From NCBI RefSeq assembly GCF_006345805.1, contig NC_043011.1:64244464-64308463 (forward strand): 64,000 nucleotides of DNA, written 5' to 3'. Position 1 is the stretch's first letter. Every line of letters begins with the position of its first letter. Made by a program: the position numbers and the translations under genes. This document shows positions 38,051 to 51,800 of this stretch, piece after piece. The notes under the pieces were generated by a model that was given only the letters and a program-made list of their open reading frames with translations, was not told where the DNA came from and did not search any database. Source of the stretch: Octopus sinensis (Eukaryota).

Positions 38051-38389
38051 ATATCTATTCCCTTAGTTCTTATATATATATATACATATAAAAGGAATGA
38101 CCACTAGGTGAATCCCTAATATGCTAAACGTAGACATCCTATAGTCTGAAAAAATGCTGCAAGGAATTTCGTCAAACGCCAGAACGTAGAGTGAGCAAGA
38201 CAAATGGAAAGACACAAAATATCATGATTAGTCACATACCTAGATTTCTTGTCAGAATTTATATTACGTAAATGTTTACAAATCCTCAGTGTGATCGTCA
38301 CTGATAATATAATTTGAAGAACTATAAACGAGACCTCCTTCCGAGAGATAAGATGCATACAGTTCCGAGAGATAAGATGCATAACCCGC

Positions 38390-38532
<143 letters not shown>

Positions 38533-39469
38533 AGTAGTTGAATGAATTATCCTAGTATGGATAATTCGGTTAACCGATCCCCGGGTAGCAAATTCACGTC
38601 AGAAAAACACGGTAGGAGCTACATGCCAAGGGCAGAGATCACGTGCTTTCGTGTGGACATTTGTGTGTGTTTTTTAATACAATAAATGAAATATGAGGCA
38701 GTGGCAATGGAAAGGTCTGCTTCAAGGCAGACAGCAAAACGCTAACATTTAAATGGGACAGACGAACTTGCGAGCTGAATAAAAATAATAAAATATTGGA
38801 AACCAAAGTTTGAAGCGATAGAATCTGAGATAGTAGAGTCACCATGTCTGGCATTTGTTAACGACTGACAGAAACGTAGTAACAGTTTAACGGCTGCCGT
38901 AAACTTTTGAACTTGATGTAAAAGAAAATTCGTAAACACCAAGTTTTGAAGTGATTCTTTCTCACGACAGTAGACTCACCATGGCAATCATTCAAAACTT
39001 CTTTATCATGGACGGCAACACATTGACGATTAAAAGGCTGGCGCAAATTTCTTAGCTTGATGTAACAGAGAATTCCTAAACACCCGCTCCTTGAAATTTT
39101 AATCCCCTTCCAGCCCCATTTAGACCCCTTTTCATATTTTGGTTAATATAACCCAATTTCATTCGGGTCTACTGGGGTCACATTTTATAAGATGAGGAAT
39201 TTTGTCCTAGAGGTGACGCCTTTCATTTGAGGAACAATAGGTGTGCATATTTTCAGCTGAATCGACCGACTACGTAATGCACACATTATATATATATATG
39301 TATATATATATATGTGTGTGTGCGTGTGTGTGCACACATTATATATACAAATGTATACACATGAGATATATATCTGTATAAATTAAATTAGAGATAAAAC
39401 CACTAATAGGCAAATCAAACAGTGAAAAACCAAAAACAAAAACATAAAAAAAGAAAATATAACATAGAA

Positions 39470-40488
39470 AATATATATATATATAAAACTGTAGTTGTGT
39501 GAGTGTCTGTCCCCTTCGATTTAGATTCCTAACTACTCCCACATTTTGCGGTGCAGTTTAACCAAATTCGGGTATCTTATAGTCGTGATTAATATCGAGC
39601 CTGTCTGGGTATTAGCGCGCGTCTACGATGAGTCTACGATTTTTAAAATAATTTAACATCATTTTTTATTCCATTTTAATGCATATTTTTTCGTGTGTCG
39701 ATGGCGGCGGAGTTGGCGTCCACGCTCACGCCTGCACCTGTGTTGCTTCTCCCCCTTCTTCCCTCCCTTGTGAAGCTGTGGGGAAGGGAGTGTAAGGAAA
39801 TCAACGTCGTAATGCGTTGTGAAGGAGACCAGCATTCTTTTAGAACAACGACTTCATGGCTTGAAGTCGCCAAAACAGAAATCGCTAAAAAAGCTGAAAC
39901 AGATCCACAAAAACGGCAAAAACCGCCACACAGGGCAGGTTTCCTGTGCAAACAATTTGCACAACCGAATGTTTTAGTTATTGCACAAATATTTATATAT
40001 AAAAGTAAGGTTGTGTGTCTGTCTCCTACGATTTAGATTCCTAACTACTCCCACATTTTGCGGTGCAGTGTAACCAAAACCGGGTATCTTATAGTCGTGA
40101 TTCATATCGAGCCCTTCTGGGTATTAGAGCGCGTCTACGATAAGGCTACGATTCTTAAAAAAAAATTACCATAATTTTTTATTCCATTTTAATGCATTTT
40201 CGCTATTATATAAGGGAAGTAACTCTCTAAAAATGTCTACGATGAGTCAACGATTAAAAAAAATTACCATCATTTTTTATTCCATTTTAATGCATTTTTC
40301 GCTATTATATAAGGGAAGTAACTCTCTAAAAATGTCTACGATGAGTCAACGATTTAAAAAAAAATTACTATCATTTTTTATTCCATTTTTAATGCATTTT
40401 TTGCTGTTTTTTTTTGCTATAACTCACTAAAAATGCTTATATAGTTATTTGCCTTACAAATCCGAGCAACGCCGGGCGATACTGCTAG
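39470..40488 (+). mobile_element. Non-autonomous Helitron-like element with internal tandem duplications
   Basis: Starts atatataaaactgtagttgtgtg, ends ccgagcaacgccggg hairpin + CTAG (40485-40488); the 39480 block recurs at ~39995 and an ~85-bp unit repeats at 40140-40400. Confidence 0.7.
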
Positions 40489-43254
40489 TAAAATATAAAA
40501 TTGAAAACTTTAAATTATTTAAATTGAAAATAAAAATTATTAAATTATATTTATAATTTGTTTAAAAATATATATAACTATGAAAAAGTATGAAAAAGTT
40601 TAATATACATAAATACAGATATATACACTTTGTATATATACATTATATATACATATTTATATATAGAACACACACACACACACATACATTATATATACAT
40701 ATTTATATATAGAACACACACACACATATAAATGAACGCAAGAATATCTGATTTATAATATTTGTTCTCATGCTCGTGTGTTGTTTGTTGGTGACAGACA
40801 TATGCTTAAAAGAACGCCGCCGAAGTGATAGGAAGGTAGGAAACAGTCAGTGAAAAAGAAAGGAAACAGCGATAGTGACAGATACTTTAAATAACGGTAG
40901 TGGACTTCTGAAAGTTATGAAGAGGAGTAAGAGAGGGAAAGGAGGAAATAGGGTGAGTGAGGAAGATGGCCCCTAGCAAACACACCTTTTAAGATAGGGA
41001 TTTCTAAGGTAGCCCACGAGCATCGTCACATCATTCTACATGTCCCTGTAAATTTTGGAGCGAATCGGACCGGGATGTAGTGGCAATGAAAGCGATTCAA
41101 GCGGTAAAAACGCAGTTCAGTTTTATATATATATTTATATATATATAATGCCTTCCAATTGCTGTTTTTACTGAGATCTCCCTTTTTAGTAGAAGAAATA
41201 GCTATAACTCTTTGACTGCTATTTCTAAATTCGGTATGTGGTAAGGCAATTCGTTGCTAAACCCTTTATTGCTTAGTATATATATATATATATATATGTA
41301 CATGTATAGACACGTACACAGAACCTTTATATGTGGGTGCATATCTCTTTATTTCCCTCCTCTCAGTCTCTCTTTGTATACATGTATATATATAAAACTG
41401 AATTTGTGTGTCTGTGTGTGTCTGTGTGTGTCTGTGTTCCTCATGGATTCGACAACAGAGTTGCCGATTGTGACGAATGTGGTATCAAATGTTTGAATAA
41501 CCATTCTGTTACCAATAAAGGATGCTTTTCATACAACAACTCTTTTTTAAATGTGTCTAAATTTTGAGGTCTTTAGCTAAGGTTGACAACTGTTCAAGAA
41601 GAGTCTTAATGTATTAGAGCATAATGAGAAAATGCTTAAAACATACGGATCTTTTCCAAGGAACGAAACTTCGAGAAATTTCCGTCCAAAATATTTATAC
41701 TATTTAGTAGAAAATCTTTCAATCAAAAGTATGTTTCTCTGTGTTTTGTTTAGCGCAGAGTTGCCTCTGATGTAGCTGACCAATCGCATATTCCTTTTCG
41801 TCTGAAATACTGTAAACCTGTGTCTTCCATTTGATGAAAATGTATGCTTTAAGAGAGATTTGGCTGTTATTTTTAGTAGCTCACGTTACCACAGACACAC
41901 CTCTGTGCGTGTGTGTGTGTGTGTGTGCGTGTGCGTGTGTGTGCGTGCGCGCGTGTGTGCGTGCGCGCGTGTGTGTGTGTGTTATTGCGTGAGTGTGTTT
42001 TGTCGTGCTGAAAAAAGAACTTTTCCTCAGAATATTTTGCATAATGTTTTTAAAATAAGTCTGGATGTCTTTGGTAGTGCTAGCCATGAAAGAGCAAACT
42101 ACAATTGTTAATTGTTGCAAGTAGACTGAGTTGTACATATAGTGTCATCGTTCAGAGTGGAAGCGCAATAGGAAGTTTCGAATTCATTATCTTGTGGTTA
42201 GTATTCGATTATCTCAAAATTCATGCCATTAAGACTTGAAACATGGGGAATTTACAACCGTGTTTCGTGGTCTACTACCATAACAGCTCCTTTATAGAAT
42301 CCAGTTAGCTCAAGACATCATCAGGAGGAACCACGTCCGGTTTTTCCCCTTACTCCTCTACCATTTTGACGTGGTGGGGCCCCCTTTTCGGAGGTGTCTT
42401 CAGCTCTGGTGTTTGGGCATGTCTTCTTCCTTCTGTTCCCTGGACTCTTCGATGTAGCGTCAGCGAGTGTCAGCCTGTGACTTGTCAAATTTTCCGGGTT
42501 TACTGGGTTTACTGGGTTTAGTTATTCGATGAGCTATCACTTTCCAACATTTAATTGAATCTGGCATCTATTTTATAAAAGTATGTTTCATGAACTCTAA
42601 GAAACTATGGGACCCAATACCCGATTCAAAAAGACGAGTAATCACACATACATACACAGACACACGCACATACAAGGTGTAAAATCAATGTGTGGTAGCG
42701 ACAATTGTTTTCTATTCACAGGGTTCTACGTTCCGTCTCACTGCATGGTGGCTTGGGCATTTTCTACTACAGCTCTGGACCCACCAGAGACTTCTGTCTC
42801 AACGTGGTAGAGGGAAACTGCTGCATCGTTTATTACAAAATAACCGAAACACATGTTTGTAAAAAAGCGCTGTTCGATTCATGTTCTTCGTGTGCCGAAT
42901 CTGCCGATAAGAAAGGACGACTACAACTTTCCGTCACCTTTCTCGTTAATACTATTAGAGGATAATTTCATACCAAAATAACATCACCAATATATTCCAT
43001 TTGTTTAGTTTTGGTCCACTTAAATCACCTTTCTCACTCCCTTTTTCCCCTTTCAATATTTTTACTGTACACACATATTTCTGTGCGTATGTGTATATAC
43101 GTATGAATATATAGGAATGAATACATGTATATATGTTTGAATTTCTCTGTGTGTATGTATGCGTAATGTCCCATGTTCTTATATGTAAGTTTGTGTACAT
43201 GAGTTTCTATGAATATAAACATGTGTATGTCTCTATATAATTTGCTTATATATG

Positions 43255-43323
<69 letters not shown>

Positions 43324-43660
43324 ATATGTATAAATGTGTCCGTGTTTGTGTTGAATGTCCGTGTTTTATGTATCTCTCTTGGTGTTTGCATGTGTGTACA
43401 CTTCTATTTAAATGGTCTACCTAAGCAGTGAATAAAGCCTAAATTATCAGTTTGCTGATCGCTTTCAACCAGGAATCATTGATTAGAGATACCATTTGTA
43501 AACTTACAAACATCTAATTATGAAAGTGGAAAAATTGTCAGAAAAAAAGCCATTTCTATTCATTTTGTCAAATATATCATATGGTACCTAGGACTTTCTA
43601 TTTTTTATGCTATGATATTTACGTCGGTGTTCGTGTGTATGGCAGCGTATATATATATAT

Positions 43661-43889
43661 ATGCAAAATTTAGAGGAATGACCACTAAAAGTGGACATCG
43701 GGTATGCTAGATATAGACGTCAAAATCGCCATTTTCCACGGTGAATGCGTTCTCAAGAAAAACCTCAGCAAAAAAATAAAGTTGAATTCTTTCTTGAGAA
43801 CACATTTTCCGTGGAAAATGGCGATTTTGACGTCTATATCTAGCATACAGGCTGTCCACTTTTAGTGGCCAATCCTCTAAATTTTGTAT
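43661..43889. repeat. Foldback palindrome, ~100-bp arms
   Basis: tatgctagatatagacgtcaaaatcgccattttccacgg pairs with ccgtggaaaatggcgattttgacgtctatatctagcata; ~30-nt loop. Confidence 0.9.
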
Positions 43890-43969
43890 GTAAAAACAGT
43901 GTTAATATTCGGATTTTTAAATATGCTAGGCCACTAGTTTTAATTGATTAATATCAATTTCTACCCTTA

Positions 43970-44045
<76 letters not shown>

Positions 44046-44159
44046 AATATATATATTTTATATTGTATTATATTATATTATATTGGTGTACGTTCCTCTG
44101 TATATGTGTTTATATATGGGTACATGTATATTATTAACACGATCAGTTGTGCATTTCAG

Positions 44160-44267
44160 CTTCGTAACAGAACAGATATCAACGGTGACACAGCATGTAG
44201 TTTCCAATGTAACATTCTGTTAATATTTCACCATTATGCGAGAGCTGGTGTAGGTTTTCATCAATAA
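44160..44267 (+). CDS. Gene B exon 4 with read-through: LRNRTDINGDT-ACSFQCNILLIFHHYARAGVGFHQ*
   Basis: catttcag acceptor; the first 33 nt are homologous to C exon 4; the donor position reads gcatgt instead of gtaggt; the frame continues to TAA inside AATAAA (44263-44268). Terminal structure is inferred. Confidence 0.65.
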   Translation, partial: LRNRTDINGDTACSFQCNILLIFHHYARAGVGFHQ

Positions 44268-44476
44268 ACTCAGGTTATCACCGAATAAGTATTTCAATAT
44301 CTTATCCAGATTGTGAAGTGTTATAATGGAATTTCAGTATTGTTTTAGTTCTTAATTTCCACACAAACCTTTCGAATATTCCTAACAAAACAGATTTAAT
44401 AACTGCGAAATGTTTCATTAATATAGCTTCAAAGTAAGATCTATACTGAATTGTGCTGTCGTTGGTATGATAAGCT

Positions 44477-44549
<73 letters not shown>

Positions 44550-44595
44550 TGTTGTAGTAGTGGTGGTGGTGGTGCTGTTAGTAGTAGTAGTAGTG

Positions 44596-44686
<91 letters not shown>
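44477..44686 (+). repeat. (AGT)n microsatellite
   Basis: Direct inspection. Confidence 0.95.
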
Positions 44687-45032
44687 AATCTTTTGTTTTA
44701 TCAGTTGTTATGAACAACACACCCGTTATGTTTATATGAGTGCATCATAGAACGCAGATTAAACTTAGAGATTTTCAAAATAATATGTCGGAAAAACTAA
44801 TACCGTTGAGAAGTATGTGGAAATATAATTTCATGTACAGATAATTAGTTTAACTCTCGGTGCATAATTTTTCTTGGGAAGAACGGTGCAAGTTATATTC
44901 AGTGTTAACACTACAAGTTATCCTTTCCCCTTCTTTATCTAAAAATAAATAAATGCGCCCTTTTCAGGCCTAGCTAGGGTCATACGCCCGGTTTCCCGGT
45001 TTCTATGGCATATATATTCACCAGCTGGACGG

Positions 45033-45300
45033 TGAAGATCAGTCTCTATTCTCCAATTCCAGTGTGAGTGCTATATCACTTGTGCAATATGAAATTCGGA
45101 TTTTACCTATCAACATTGCCAATATTACGTTGGCATGAATTTCCAAATTCCCACAAAGCATGTTCACAGTGCCTTCCGTCGTCGTCTACAGCATTTCTTT
45201 TACCCTCACGTGACACTTAACTAGTACCGCGTCCTTTAACATTCCTTAGAGGCATTTTTAGGATGGAACAGAACTCGTCAAATCCAAACGTCTCCTGAAC
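45033..45300 (+). mobile_element. CR1/L2-group LINE fragment upstream of gene C
   Basis: Homologous to 21380-21640, at the equivalent position upstream of gene B. Confidence 0.65.
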
Positions 45301-45891
45301 ATATTCTGTTATGTCTGGGGAGAGTCATTTACTTTTTGTGCCTTATAAAGTAACACACACACACACACACACACACCGGTGAAATTTCCACTTAATTCTA
45401 TTTTCCTAAATTTTAAACTGCGTCTTGCAACCTTTACAATAGTCTTGACTCTTGAACAGATACCTCCAAATAATCTTAGTTTTAACCACGGAACTATAAA
45501 TCTTTGCGAAAGTTATTAATACGTGGTTAATAGTCAATGAGTAGATCATTTAGTTTTTGGTCTGTTGTAATCCAAAATGAGGATTACAGCGTGAAATATA
45601 TAATGACATTTCCACCTGTTGTCATTAGTTTAGCACTTGTCCGAGCTGATGAAGGCTAAAAAATATACAAGTGTGTAAGTTTATGAATAAACGATAATAT
45701 ATATTAACGTATATTTATGTGTTCTGTAAATCATTGAATGATTGAAACATATTATAATAATCCACCTCTCATAATTAATGAATCATTCCCGATGTCAGAC
45801 ATCTGTTACAATCCTCTTTATTAAAAAAAGACAAGGCTACTTATTCAACATTATTACACATGCAAACGTTTGCATTTACTCGATATTAACG

Positions 45892-45928
45892 ATGAAAATT
45901 ACTCTCTTCGCTTTACTTCTGATGTTTG
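45892..45928 (+). CDS. Gene C exon 1: signal peptide MKITLFALLLMF(G)
   Basis: ATG at 45892, G|gtaaga donor, phase 1. Confidence 0.9.
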
Positions 45929-46029
45929 GTAAGATTTTTCTTCATTTATTTTTATTTCGATGGAAGTATGTTCCACTATTTTTAATCTCTCAACGGCTGA
46001 ACATCAGCCACAAAAAAAACAACATCCGA

Positions 46030-48285
46030 ACACCAAGTCGGGTACGACTTGGATTTTACACAGCTGGACAGTCGACATTTAAAGGTATGTGAAACGGGTT
46101 TTATCCTTCACTTTACAGTTCCTTATGCCACAAGTAATTTCGACAGTCGTATACACCTATATGTTCCTGGTGCTATTGTCTCCTTCCTCGACATTGCCAC
46201 GAGAATAAGTATCGGCAGCGATTGTATGAGACACGTCTGTGGTAAAAATCCTGTGATCGGTTAAAGCCGTAAAATGAAGGTGGAGGCCAGGTTGCAAGGT
46301 TTAGAAGATGTACAGGCAGCGTAGATCGCGCGGCGCCTAAAGAAATCGGGCAGCGCCTCCTTTAAGGGAGGATCGTACTGTGCGTTGGACAAGATAACAA
46401 CGGTCAGGTTCAGAACTGAAAAGGTATGCAACGGAGGTTCGGTGACTCGCCATACTAACTGGTTTTACAGAAAAGGCACTAGAAAAGATGACACGATTGA
46501 ATCACAATACAATCGCAGGATGGTTTCCAACATCATGCAAGACATGAGCATACGAGGCAAGCTTGGTTGACCAAGTGGCCAAGAGTACGGTGGCAATAAT
46601 GCAGGAGATGCTAGAATGGGTAAGAGCAGAAAACCGAGTGTGAGAAAGCTGGTGTGTTCCCAAATTGGAGAACTTAACCATATGGTGCGATGCTAGTAGC
46701 ACAGCGATATGATTTGTCCTGGAAATCGGTGGTGTCGTGGCAGAATACGAAAGCGGGTTCCGACCGAAAATCAGACGAATACAACCATTCTAACGTGGAT
46801 TAGATGGAGGCAGTGCTGAAGTGGGTGACTCTGGCTCTAAGATGGGGGTCTTGTCTCAATCGAAATCCGAACCAATTCGGGTAGTGTGCTTGGATGTGTA
46901 GGATATGTGATCTGCGATGAAAAGGTGTCTCGAACAAAAGAGTCTGCAGAATGGTTAGTAGATGCCGCCTAAGAAGGTAGGCTTGTCGCCGAATTTCGTT
47001 TAAAGCTGAACGTGACATTGTCTTCTGAGAAGAATAAAGCAAATATTCTAACCAAGATGAAAAATGCCAGTTTGGTGATGACTTAAGATTCGGAGCGGAG
47101 CATAGCTACAGTTTGTCGGCTCGGTGACTTTTAACTGAGCAAACCGTAAGCCATGCATCATATTGGCGCGGATAGAAAGAACCATGTATCTTGCCAGGAG
47201 GATGGTTCCGACGTCACTAGGCAGGGCATTCAAAAGCTCATCGGGAGCTCTAATCGGTCTCAATTCATCGAACCTACTTTGGGTGTGAGCGAAACATATC
47301 AATATATCACAGCTGGAGACAAACTGGTGGTGGATGTGACACATTATCGGCAGAAGACAAATACCTCGCTGGTCGACTGCTGACCGGGTTTCATGGCCGT
47401 GTGCTGGGAAATTAAGACTGGTACTGCAGATGAAGTTGCGCGTGTCCTGAACGACATATTCCTGGAGCGGGACGCAGTAGACAGATTGCTGTTGGACAAC
47501 GGACCCTCATATAATTGATAAATGCAACGTATACCGCTTCTTCATAGCGTCATACAGACCTTGTTAAAACAAGATCGTGGTAAGGCGCCACCGCTCCATC
47601 AAGGCCATAATGAAGAGAGGACGCATCTCAGCACTGGAAGCAGTTTTCCTACAACATATCACCCAGATCAGGACAGGCTGGTAAGTTGGTGTCACGCAAT
47701 GCAATGTGTGGGTATGAATAGCGGCATCCGTGTACATTACAACACGCCGCAGGTAGAAGAGGAAGTTTGGGTCAAGCCTCCAAGGGTACGCTGTACATTT
47801 CAGTGGAACGAAGGCTGTTAATTCCAAACGTAATGTCCCCCTGGATGGAATGTCGCTTCATGTTTGGATGTTTGCAGAATTGTGAAGGAGCAGTTGCGAG
47901 CGGAAACCACATAAATGGGAGATGTGACAGGAAGATGGAGATTTCAAAATGAAGTGGGAGGGTGACCTTTAAAATCACAGGAACGTGTGGGGATGAGCTA
48001 AAATGGTAGGATAGGGCAGTGTGCATAGGTGCGGCGTGTCGCCAGAGGAGGAAGCCGGAACGATTTAGCGATGGGATCAAGACAAGCGTGGCCCTGTTTG
48101 GCCTCGAAACTGTAGTGGTGATTGGGCACGTGGGGACGAGACAGTGACACGTTGACTTAGCAGTAGCTACTGCTGAAGGGCGAGACGCGTAGGTCACTTT
48201 TTGGATTTAACACGGCTGGACAGCCGACACAGGGAGGTTGGTGAATTCCGTTCTCTTCCTCACATTACAGTTTGTTCATGCTAAA
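46030..48285 (+). mobile_element. Degenerate Gypsy-like LTR element, paralogous to 22522-25016
   Basis: KLVVDVTHYRQKTNTSLVDC integrase remnant; LTR-like repeat acacagctggacagtcgac / acacggctggacagccgac at both ends. Confidence 0.8.
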
Positions 48286-48297
48286 GCTTATATATCT

Positions 48298-48298
48298 G

Positions 48299-48396
<98 letters not shown>

Positions 48397-48427
48397 AATC
48401 TTTCTTTCTTTCTTTCTTTCTTTCTAC

Positions 48428-48460
<33 letters not shown>

Positions 48461-48486
48461 AATCTTTCTTTCTTTCTTTCTTTCTT

Positions 48487-48528
<42 letters not shown>

Positions 48529-48635
48529 AATCTTTCTTTCTTTCTTTCTTTCTTTCTACCTATCTATCTATATGTCTGTCTGTCTATCTCTGTATCTATC
48601 TATCTATCTATATATCTATCAGTCTGTCTGTCTGT
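48298..48635 (+). repeat. (TCTA)n/(TCTT)n compound microsatellite with higher-order repetition
   Basis: Direct inspection. Confidence 0.95.
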
Positions 48636-49134
48636 AGGTATATACATATATATGTTAATATGTTTACATTCATTCATGCATACAGGTAACACACATGTAG
48701 ACCGAAAATATGCGAGTGAATTTCTTGCATATTTCGAAGATCTAATATATGCCATTTTTTCTATTGTAACATATCGATGAGTGTTTGATCCATTTTAAAA
48801 ATCTCGTTTGATATTGATTTTCTCTCAAAAAGAAGTCGGGCATCTTTTTATAGAAATCCCTTCATATTAGGTTATTTCTGCGCTGTTTATTGACTTGCAG
48901 ATGTGACAAGACATAATAATACGTTACTACACATAACTATCTTTGTTTTAAATAATTTACAAAGTATTCGTAAAATAATTTTCATCCACCGGGCGTATCG
49001 TCATATAACAGAAGCTAAAATGTTTAAATCGTTCACCCTCTCGAAAGGTTAACAGACTATAACGGATGTTTTACTAAGTGAGGTATTCGTTAAACACTTC
49101 AAAACTGAAAAAAAAATATTTTCGAACTTTCTAG

Positions 49135-49234
49135 GTGTTGCGGTGTCAGACGATTGCAGTAGATTGGCAGAGGAACGCTGTAGGTTGTCCAGAAAATATT
49201 TCTACACACTCCATCATCAATATCGTTTTTGCAG
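49135..49234 (+). CDS. Gene C exon 2: GVAVSDDCSRLAEERCRLSRKYFYTLHHQYRFC(R)
   Basis: tttctag acceptor, gtatat donor, 100 nt, phase 1 to 2. Confidence 0.92.
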
Positions 49235-49884
49235 GTATATACATGTTCAAACTATTAAAGTTTTTATTAAAATATTTAAATATTCAAAGTCGGTGAGCAG
49301 GCAGAATCGTTAGCTGACGCTTAGCGTCATTTTCTCTAAATTTCCCCCAGGGAGGCTTTGTCTTTCATCTCTTCGGGTTCGATAAAATAAGTACCAATCA
49401 AGTACTGAGGTCGATTTAATAGACTTACTACAATTACCCGAAATTGCTGGTCGTGTGCCAATATTTTAATGCAGTATTACAATATGTAATTGCTTTTCCT
49501 CTGTTTCTAGGATCTGAATTCAAATTCCCCTTGCTTCCTTGTAATTAGTTTGACTTTAACCACTTTAGTGGTTGAAAATATGCGCATCTGTGATCACGAG
49601 CAGAAATGGTGAGGGCGTAATACAGACATGTGTTGAAAGGAATTCTTTGGGGTTTGGATAACAATTCAGTTTTGTTCAACATCATTAAACAACTATTATT
49701 GAGGGAGTTTTTGAGCCGGTTGGGGAGCTCCTCGAGAAGAAAATTGTAACTCGACCACGCCTGCAAGTTCATACGTTGTTTATCTTGATATGAGATCACT
49801 ATGTCGCACACATATGTTTCTGGTGCATCTGCCTTGTGTACCCTTATCAGACGAGGAATCATGATGGGTGTACTTTTCTCTCAC

Positions 49885-49933
49885 TGAATAATAATGATAA
49901 TAATAATAATAATAATAATAACAACAACAGCAG

Positions 49934-50003
<70 letters not shown>

Positions 50004-50089
50004 GCCACTACCACTACTACTACTACTACTACTACTTCTATTACTACTACTTCTACTACTACTACTTCTACTACTAATACTACTACTAT

Positions 50090-50124
<35 letters not shown>

Positions 50125-50150
50125 GTATTAGTATTAGTATTAGTAGTAGT
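49885..50150 (+). repeat. (AAT)n/(ACT)n compound microsatellite
   Basis: Direct inspection. Confidence 0.95.
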
Positions 50151-51139
50151 CGTCAAAATAATACAAGAAATAATGGTGGCAGAGGACTAATTAGTATAGG
50201 AAATTGTTTAAGGAATGAAAGAAGAACGCGTGCCGAGTATTTGATAAATAGTGATGAAGACCTGCTTCAATATACCGCGAAGCATATGGGAGTAAATGCA
50301 GATGAAATGATGGGCAAGGAAGGCCTTCTTGAAATGAGAATGAATGGATGGTTTGTACATAAACACAAGACCTTCAGGATAATACAGCATCAGGAGCAAG
50401 GCTGGAGGGAGGTGATCTGAAGCCTACCACAGAAAGCCTGATCATGGAATGTGAAGGTGTGTATGCGGACCATGTTTGTAATGCGGGTGTGTGTGTGTGT
50501 GTGTCGTCTGCAGTAGGATCAGGGAGTTTTATTTATTAAGGCTTTTTAAAATCTATTCACTGATATAGTATCTTTATGATCATTTAGGATATAGCAAAAA
50601 CTTTATCCGTGCGGCAAAGAAAACGGAAGGGTCCAACATACGGTGCTGTTAGCGGAGGTTTAAAAACATAGATGCCGTGCACAAAAACGTGAGTCTAAGA
50701 AATAAAGCTTCCTTCAAGGCAGAGCTAGAAAGGTAATTGTCAAGTAGGGAAGACGTTTTAAGCAGATGCGATCCACGATTGGTAAAACTAAAAAAAATGT
50801 CACGGATAAATTAAATTCATTATTGTTCCTGAATACGCTAGTGTTATTTAATTTCCGAACGGTTCCGCTAACGTTTATTTATGTAGTTTGATTTGTTTAT
50901 CCACTAGTTTCCACTAAGTTAGAAACGCGAGTAAAATTAATTATAGAGAAACGAAAATGAAGCTCGAAAGCAATTTACCCGGCTAACGTCCTTCAAAAAA
51001 GTCCTCACTCTAAATGTACTCTGCGAAACATTACATGAAACAGTTGACCATCACGCCTAGGGATTGTCTGTACTGATAGCAAACGAATGCAAAAGATCGC
51101 TACGATACGGTAGGACAGTATTTACATTGGTAAATACGT

Positions 51140-51703
51140 GAACATTACAAAATCAGCAGTACAGCCTACTGGTATAAACATCATCCTGAGCCAGTTGTTG
51201 AGGATGAAAATGTCACCATCCTCTGGGATTCTACAGTCAGCACCGGCAGAACGATCGAGGGGAATCGACCAGACATAGTCATTCAAACAGGGAAGAAACT
51301 ATTTGAAGACTAAGAGATGCAAGTGTGCCTACTGTTAAAATATATATATGGAAAGGAATATAAAACTTGGGAATTGAAGTAGAGCAAGGAATGTTCTTGT
51401 AATTGTAGGTCTGCAAAGAAAGGGATGCAAGAAATATCTAGAAGATGTGCCAGAAGTGCCATGACTCAGAGAAATCCAAAAGAACGCGCAGAGAATTATT
51501 GCAAATATCTTTAGAAAAACTCTATCAATTTAAATATCTCTGTTGTATTACATGAATATATTTCGCTTCTACCCCTACAACTTGCCCTGCATAATCTTTC
51601 AGTCTCAGCGAGTGAGGGGGGGGGCTCGGCGAGTGTTTGTAACAAACAGGCAGACTAAAAGTAAATAGTAATAATGACGTGGACAACAACAACAACAGCA
51701 ACA

Positions 51704-51776
<73 letters not shown>

Positions 51777-51800
51777 CCCTGATGTTAATAATAATAATAA
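51140..51800 (+). mobile_element. R4/Dong-clade LINE 3' end (RLE domain) + (AAT)n tail
   Basis: YWYKHHPEPVVEDENVTILWDSTV...NRPDIVI; a related fragment lies at 50160-50450. Confidence 0.75.

Noticed and set aside
42250-42330. Minus-strand CTGATGA...GAAAC, as a hammerhead
   Set aside because: The stem II base and stem I cannot be paired.
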